A stretch of DNA of 64,000 nt from Dehalococcoidia bacterium (GTDB lineage: Bacteria > Chloroflexota > Dehalococcoidia > UBA2979): NCBI GenBank assembly GCA_965262725.1, contig OZ253555.1:1664001-1728000 (forward strand). Direction: 5' to 3'. Under the pieces are notes generated by a model, which did not search any database, was not told the origin of the DNA, and saw only the letters and a list, made by a program, of their open reading frames with translations. Shown in pieces: positions 59,469 through 64,000 of the stretch (its first letter is position 1; each line of letters starts with the position of its first letter). The position numbers were made by a program, and so were the translations under genes.

Positions 59469-59628
59469 TGGCCTCCCGCCACCTCGACTCACAACCTCGA
59501 GGCCCTTGACAGAGAAGATAGGGACACCCCCCCGACGCCCCGGCGGTGTTTGGTGCCCGCGCCGCCGTGTGCGACACTTCGCCGGCCGGCGCGCGAGGGG
59601 CGCGACGACCGAGGGCGGGGGGCGCCGC

Positions 59629-61230
59629 GTGCCGCGCTGGGTGACCGTGATGGCTGCCGCCGAGCTGCCCCGCGATCGCCCCGTCACCGTGCGCGTCAAC
59701 GAGCGTGACCTCGCCCTCGCGGATTGCTCGCAGGAGGGCTGCGGGCCGCACCTTCTCGAGAATCGCTGCCCGCATCGCGGGGGCCAGCTCGGCGACGGGT
59801 CGGTGCGCGGCGACGACATTGTCTGCCCGCTGCACGGCTACGACTTCGACCTGCACACGGGCATCTCGCGCTACGACCCCGCGGAGCGCGTCGGGGTCTA
59901 CCCGGCGCGGATCCATGGCGGGGAGGTGCAGGTCGACGCCGACGAGGTTCCGGCGCTCCCACGGGATCACGACGCGGGATACCTGGAGCGCTGGGCTCGT
60001 CGCCACGACGGCAGCCTGCGCGCCTACGAGTACCTGCAGGGACTCGCATCGGGCCGGCCGCCCGTGTCGGCGATGGGAACCTCGCTTCGGCTCCGGCCCT
60101 CGTGGGAGGACGTGCTGCTGCTCCCCGCCCAGCTCGCGCGGCAGCCCCTGCTCGACTCGGAGGAGGTCAGGCTCACGACGACCATCGGTCGCCGCGCGGC
60201 GAGGCCGCTCGTCCTCTCGCTCCCGTTCTACATCTCGCACATGTCGTTCGGGGCGCTCTCGGCGCCGGCGAAGGCAGCGCTCGGCCGGCTCTCCGCGGAG
60301 CTCGACACGGCGATCGGCTCCGGCGAGGGTGGGATGCTGCCCGATGAGCGCGCGGCCGCGCGCCACTACATCTTCGAGATGGCCTCCGGCTACTTCGGGT
60401 GGGGCGAGGAGGTCGCGCGCAGCGCCGACGCCGTGGAGATCAAGTTCGGCCAGTCGGCGAAGGCGGGCTCCGGCGGGCTCCTGCCGGCCGAGAAGGTCAC
60501 GCCGCGCATCGCCGAGGTGCGCGGTCTCGCGCCCGGGGAGGCCGCTCACTCCCCGGCGCGCTTCGTCGACATACGCGGCGTCGCCGAGCTCCGCGCGCGC
60601 GTCGAGCAGATACGGGAGTGGCTCGACGGGGGCCCCGTCGGCATCAAGTTCGCCGCCGGGCGCGTCGAGGAGGACCTCGACGTGGCGATCGAGGCGGGCT
60701 GCGACTTCGTGACCATCGACGGGCGTGGCGGCGGCACCGGCGCCGCCCCCGAGGTCCTGAAGGACAACCTCACCATCCCCATCCAGTACGCGCTTCACCG
60801 GGCGCGCGTGCACCTCCGGCGCCGCGGCGCGGAATCGGTGGACCTGGTGGCGGCCGGCGGCTTCCGCAGCTCGGGCGACGTGGCGAAGGCGCTCGCTCTC
60901 GGCGCCTCCGCGGTCGCGCTCGCGACCGCCTCGATGATTGCGATCGGGTGCCAGCAATACCTCGCCTGCCACACCGGCAACTGCCCCGTCGGCATCGCGA
61001 CGCAGCGCGCCGACCTGGAGGCGCGCTTCGACGTCGCGCGCTCGGCGGCGCGTGGACTTGAGACCTACCGGGCCCTCGCCGAGGAGCTCCGGATGATCGC
61101 GCGCGCAGTGGGAGTAGGCGACGTGCACGCCCTGGCGTCCGGCGACCTCGCCACCCTCGACGCGGGACTGGCCGAGCACGCGGGGATCCGCCATGCGGGC
61201 GATGCGGTGCCGGCGGGCGACGATGCCTGA
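59629..61230 (+). CDS. Rieske domain fused to FMN-binding glutamate-synthase (GltB-like) domain
   Basis: CPHRGG...CPLHG; MSFGALS, SGEGG, EIKFGQSAK, DGRGGGTGAAP, CQQYLACHTGNCP. Confidence 0.9.
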   Translation: MPRWVTVMAAAELPRDRPVTVRVNERDLALADCSQEGCGPHLLENRCPHRGGQLGDGSVRGDDIVCPLHGYDFDLHTGISRYDPAERVGVYPARIHGGEVQVDADEVPALPRDHDAGYLERWARRHDGSLRAYEYLQGLASGRPPVSAMGTSLRLRPSWEDVLLLPAQLARQPLLDSEEVRLTTTIGRRAARPLVLSLPFYISHMSFGALSAPAKAALGRLSAELDTAIGSGEGGMLPDERAAARHYIFEMASGYFGWGEEVARSADAVEIKFGQSAKAGSGGLLPAEKVTPRIAEVRGLAPGEAAHSPARFVDIRGVAELRARVEQIREWLDGGPVGIKFAAGRVEEDLDVAIEAGCDFVTIDGRGGGTGAAPEVLKDNLTIPIQYALHRARVHLRRRGAESVDLVAAGGFRSSGDVAKALALGASAVALATASMIAIGCQQYLACHTGNCPVGIATQRADLEARFDVARSAARGLETYRALAEELRMIARAVGVGDVHALASGDLATLDAGLAEHAGIRHAGDAVPAGDDA

Positions 61231-63226
61231 GGCAGGCGTCCCGGGTCGCGGCGAGGGGGAGACGTTCGTCGACGCGGAGAGCGGGGAGCGGCTCGCCTGG
61301 TACCGCGTGCTCTCCGCCGAGGAGCTCCCGGAGGGGCGCGTGCGGACCGGTGCGGCGGGGACGCGCGCCGTGGCCCTGACGCACTTCGAGGACCGGTACG
61401 CGGCGCTCGACAACCGCTGCCCTCACCAGGGCGGACCGCTCGGGGAGGGGACGATCGAGCGGGGCCTCCTGCGCTGTCCGTGGCACGGCTACGACTATCA
61501 TCCGACCACCGGGGAGCCGCCGCCCGGCTTCACCGACTGCGTGCGGAGCTACCCCGTCGAGCTGCGTGGCGGCGAGATCTGGGTCGCCGTGCCGGCACCC
61601 GAGGCGCACGAGCCCACGGTCTCGGACGTGATGGTCGAGACGATGGTGAACTGGGGCGTCACCCACGTCTTCGGGATGGTCGGGCACAGCAACCTGGGCC
61701 TTGCCGACGCCTTCCGCCGCCAGGAGGAGCAGGGCCGCCTCACCTACATCGGGGTCCGGCACGAGGGCGCCGCCGCCTTCGCCGCCTCGGCCTACGCCAA
61801 GCTGACCGGGCGGCCCGCCGCCTGCTTCGGGATCGCGGGCCCCGGTGCCACCAACCTGCTCACCGGGCTCTGGGACGCGAAGATGGACCGGGCGCCGGTG
61901 CTCGCCCTCACCGGCCAGGTGGAATCGCAGGTGCTCGGGCCCGGGGCCTTCCAGGAGGTCGACCTCCAGTCGGCCTTCTCCTCGGTGGCGCGCTGGAGCC
62001 AGACGGTGCTCCCGGCGAGCCGACACGCCGAGCTCGTCAACCTCGCGCTGAAGCACGCGCTGCTCGAGCGCGACGTGGCGCACCTGATCGTCCCCAACGA
62101 GGTGCAGACGGTGCCCGCCGGCGAGGCCCCGGCGGGCTCGCCCTCGGGCCGTCTCCCGGATCTGAGGATCGGACCGTCGGCGGAGGCCGTGGGGCGAGCC
62201 GTCGATCTGATCCGCGGCGCGTCGCGCCCGGCGATCGTGGTGGGCCACGGGGCCCGCTTCGAGATGGCGCCGGTGATCGCGCTGGCCGAGCGCCTCGGCG
62301 CCCCGATCCTGACCACCTTCAAGGGGAAGGGGTTGATCGCCGACCACCATCCGCTTGCCACCGGCGTGCTCGGCCGCAGCGGCACGCCGGTCGCGAGCTG
62401 GGTGATGAACGAGTCCGACCTGCTCCTTGTCTTCGGGGCCTCGTTCTCCACGCACACCGGCATCGCCCCCTACAAGCCGACCATCCAGGTCGACTTCGAT
62501 CCGATGACGCTCGGCAAGTTCCACGGCGTGACCGTCCCGGTGCTCGGCGAGATCGGGCGCACCGCGGAGGAGCTGCGGGCGGCGCTCGAGGGTGCGTCGC
62601 TCCCGGCCGCCGACCAGCGCGCCGACATTGCCGTGCGCCGGGCGCTCTGGGCGGCCGAGAAGGAGCGCCGCGGCGCGGACGACAGGGGCCGGGGCGTCGC
62701 CGCCGCCGCCGTCTTCGCCGCGCTCACCCGCCACGCCCCTCGGAACGCCGTCCTCGCCGTCGACGTGGGGAACAACACCTACTCGTTCGGCCGCTACTTC
62801 GAGTGCTCGGGCGAGCAGTCGGTACTGATGTCCGGCTACCTCGGTTCCATCGGCTTCGGCTATCCGGCCGCGATCGGCGCCTGGGCGGCCGCGCCGGAGC
62901 GTCCGATCATCGCGGTAACCGGGGACGGCGGATTCGGACAGTACCTGGCGGAGCTCACCACGGCGGTCCGGCACGGCATGAACATCACCCACGTGCTCCT
63001 GAACAACGGCGAACTCGGGAAGATCTCGAAGGAGCAGCGCGCCGCCCGGCTACCCGTCTGGCAGACGGGGCTCACCAACCCCGACTTCTCGCGGTTCGCG
63101 GAACTCTGCGGCGCCCTCGGGATCCGCGTCGACCGCGCGGAGGAGCTCGACGGGGCGCTCGAACGCGCCCTCGCCCACGAGGGGCCGGCCCTGGTCGAAG
63201 TGATGCAGGATGTCGACCTGATCTAG
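61223..63226 (+). CDS. Rieske domain fused to ThDP enzyme (pyruvate oxidase/acetolactate synthase family)
   Basis: CPHQGG...CPWHG; RHEGAAAF, GPGATN, FQE, GDGG...LLNN. Confidence 0.9.
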   Translation: MPEAGVPGRGEGETFVDAESGERLAWYRVLSAEELPEGRVRTGAAGTRAVALTHFEDRYAALDNRCPHQGGPLGEGTIERGLLRCPWHGYDYHPTTGEPPPGFTDCVRSYPVELRGGEIWVAVPAPEAHEPTVSDVMVETMVNWGVTHVFGMVGHSNLGLADAFRRQEEQGRLTYIGVRHEGAAAFAASAYAKLTGRPAACFGIAGPGATNLLTGLWDAKMDRAPVLALTGQVESQVLGPGAFQEVDLQSAFSSVARWSQTVLPASRHAELVNLALKHALLERDVAHLIVPNEVQTVPAGEAPAGSPSGRLPDLRIGPSAEAVGRAVDLIRGASRPAIVVGHGARFEMAPVIALAERLGAPILTTFKGKGLIADHHPLATGVLGRSGTPVASWVMNESDLLLVFGASFSTHTGIAPYKPTIQVDFDPMTLGKFHGVTVPVLGEIGRTAEELRAALEGASLPAADQRADIAVRRALWAAEKERRGADDRGRGVAAAAVFAALTRHAPRNAVLAVDVGNNTYSFGRYFECSGEQSVLMSGYLGSIGFGYPAAIGAWAAAPERPIIAVTGDGGFGQYLAELTTAVRHGMNITHVLLNNGELGKISKEQRAARLPVWQTGLTNPDFSRFAELCGALGIRVDRAEELDGALERALAHEGPALVEVMQDVDLI

Positions 63227-63278
63227 CGGTCCGGGCCCGGGCGCAGCTGGCGCCCGCGCGGCTCGGCGGCGCCGGCCG

Positions 63279-63968
63279 TCAGCCGGCGGCGGCGATGAGG
63301 GTGCGCGCCCGCTCGATCACCGAGTCCAGCATCGGCTCCGTCAGGCGCCCGGTGAAGGTGTTCTGCTGGCTCGGATGGTAGGAGCAGATCACAGTGCGGC
63401 CTCCGGCGACTTCGACCTCGACGCCGTGGCCGAAGCGAGGTCGCGGCCTGATCCCCTCCAGCGCGGCGACTGCCCGGTAGGCGACGCCGCCGAGCGCGAT
63501 CAGGACCCGCGCGCGATCCAGCAGCCGCAGCTCCCTCTCCAGGTAGGGCTGACACGCCGCGGACTCCTCCGGCAGCGGGCGGTTGCCGGGGGGCGCGCAG
63601 CGCACGGCGGACGTGACATAAGCGTCGCTGAGGCGAAGGCCGTCATCGAGATCGGTCGCCGTCGGCTGGCTCGCGAAGCCGCCCCGGTGAAGCGCCCGGT
63701 AGAGCCAGTCGCCCGAGCGATCGCCCGTGAAGATCCGCCCGGTGCGATTGGCGCCGTGGGCGGCGGGCGCGAGCCCCACGAGCACGAGGCGAGCGCGCAC
63801 ATCGCCGAAGCCGGGGACGGGCCGGCCCCAGTACTCTTGATCGCGGAAGGCGGCGCGCCGTTCGCGGGCCACGCGCTCGCGCCACTCGACGAGCCGGCCG
63901 CAGAGGCGGCAGCCGACGATCTCGCCGTGGAGGCGCTCGATCCCGTTGCTCTGGCGTGCTTCGCTCAC
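63279..63968 (-). CDS. udgB: Family-5 uracil-DNA glycosylase
   Basis: C..C.RL, GLAPAAHGANRTGR.FTGD.SG, SYHPSQQNTFTG. Confidence 0.92.
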   Translation of the reverse strand: MSEARQSNGIERLHGEIVGCRLCGRLVEWRERVARERRAAFRDQEYWGRPVPGFGDVRARLVLVGLAPAAHGANRTGRIFTGDRSGDWLYRALHRGGFASQPTATDLDDGLRLSDAYVTSAVRCAPPGNRPLPEESAACQPYLERELRLLDRARVLIALGGVAYRAVAALEGIRPRPRFGHGVEVEVAGGRTVICSYHPSQQNTFTGRLTEPMLDSVIERARTLIAAAG

Positions 63969-64000
63969 GCCCCGAGCGTACTATCCCCCGCGCCCGGAGC

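Larger units (their letters stand above)
58021..59528 (+). mobile_element. IS110-family (IS110 group) element, intact
   Basis: ~230-nt non-coding left end; TTGACA near right end; C-run junctions with putative CC core. Confidence 0.85.

Noticed and set aside
59395-63381. Long antisense/alternate-frame ORFs (e.g. 59395-61413, 60770-62992; likewise 6625-8577, 8840-10567)
   Set aside because: Shadow ORFs expected in high-GC DNA; they overlap well-supported genes and lack motifs.

Overview
High-GC bacterial DNA (roughly 70% by eye); a monoderm host such as Chloroflexota/Dehalococcoidia or Actinomycetota is inferred, not proven. Positions 1-55048 look like one large, decaying integrative element anchored by a tyrosine integrase at the 3' end of tRNA-Gly(TCC) (55049-55124); its other end lies left of the window. 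The backbone has a Tad/Flp pilus operon, a divergent SARP/BTAD regulator, a primase-Rad52-ArdC operon, and fragments of a Replic_Relax protein and a helicase. Cargo is rich in lower-GC defence-like genes: an HEPN-STAND-TPR protein, HEPN proteins, a GHKL/MORC-nuclease plus C5-methyltransferase, and NucS-like and GIY-YIG nucleases. It also carries a group II intron and many IS. Main observations: (1) a three-layer nest (IS21 inside an IS1111-type IS110 element inside IS3), where the IS1111 non-coding end carries bridge-RNA guides matching the exact IS3 orfA site it occupies; a sister remnant also sits in another transposase gene. (2) Two divergent GAAC-N7 arrays, each ending 13 bp before a TAnnnT hexamer, a SARP-like promoter geometry upstream of the backbone operon. 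(3) A second, intact IS110 with readable bridge-RNA guides for a poly-C target. (4) Repeated partial duplicates of backbone genes next to cargo. Right of the tRNA are chromosomal genes, including a tandem pair of Rieske-fused enzymes and a family-5 uracil-DNA glycosylase. All family assignments come from motif recognition by eye; no database searches were run.
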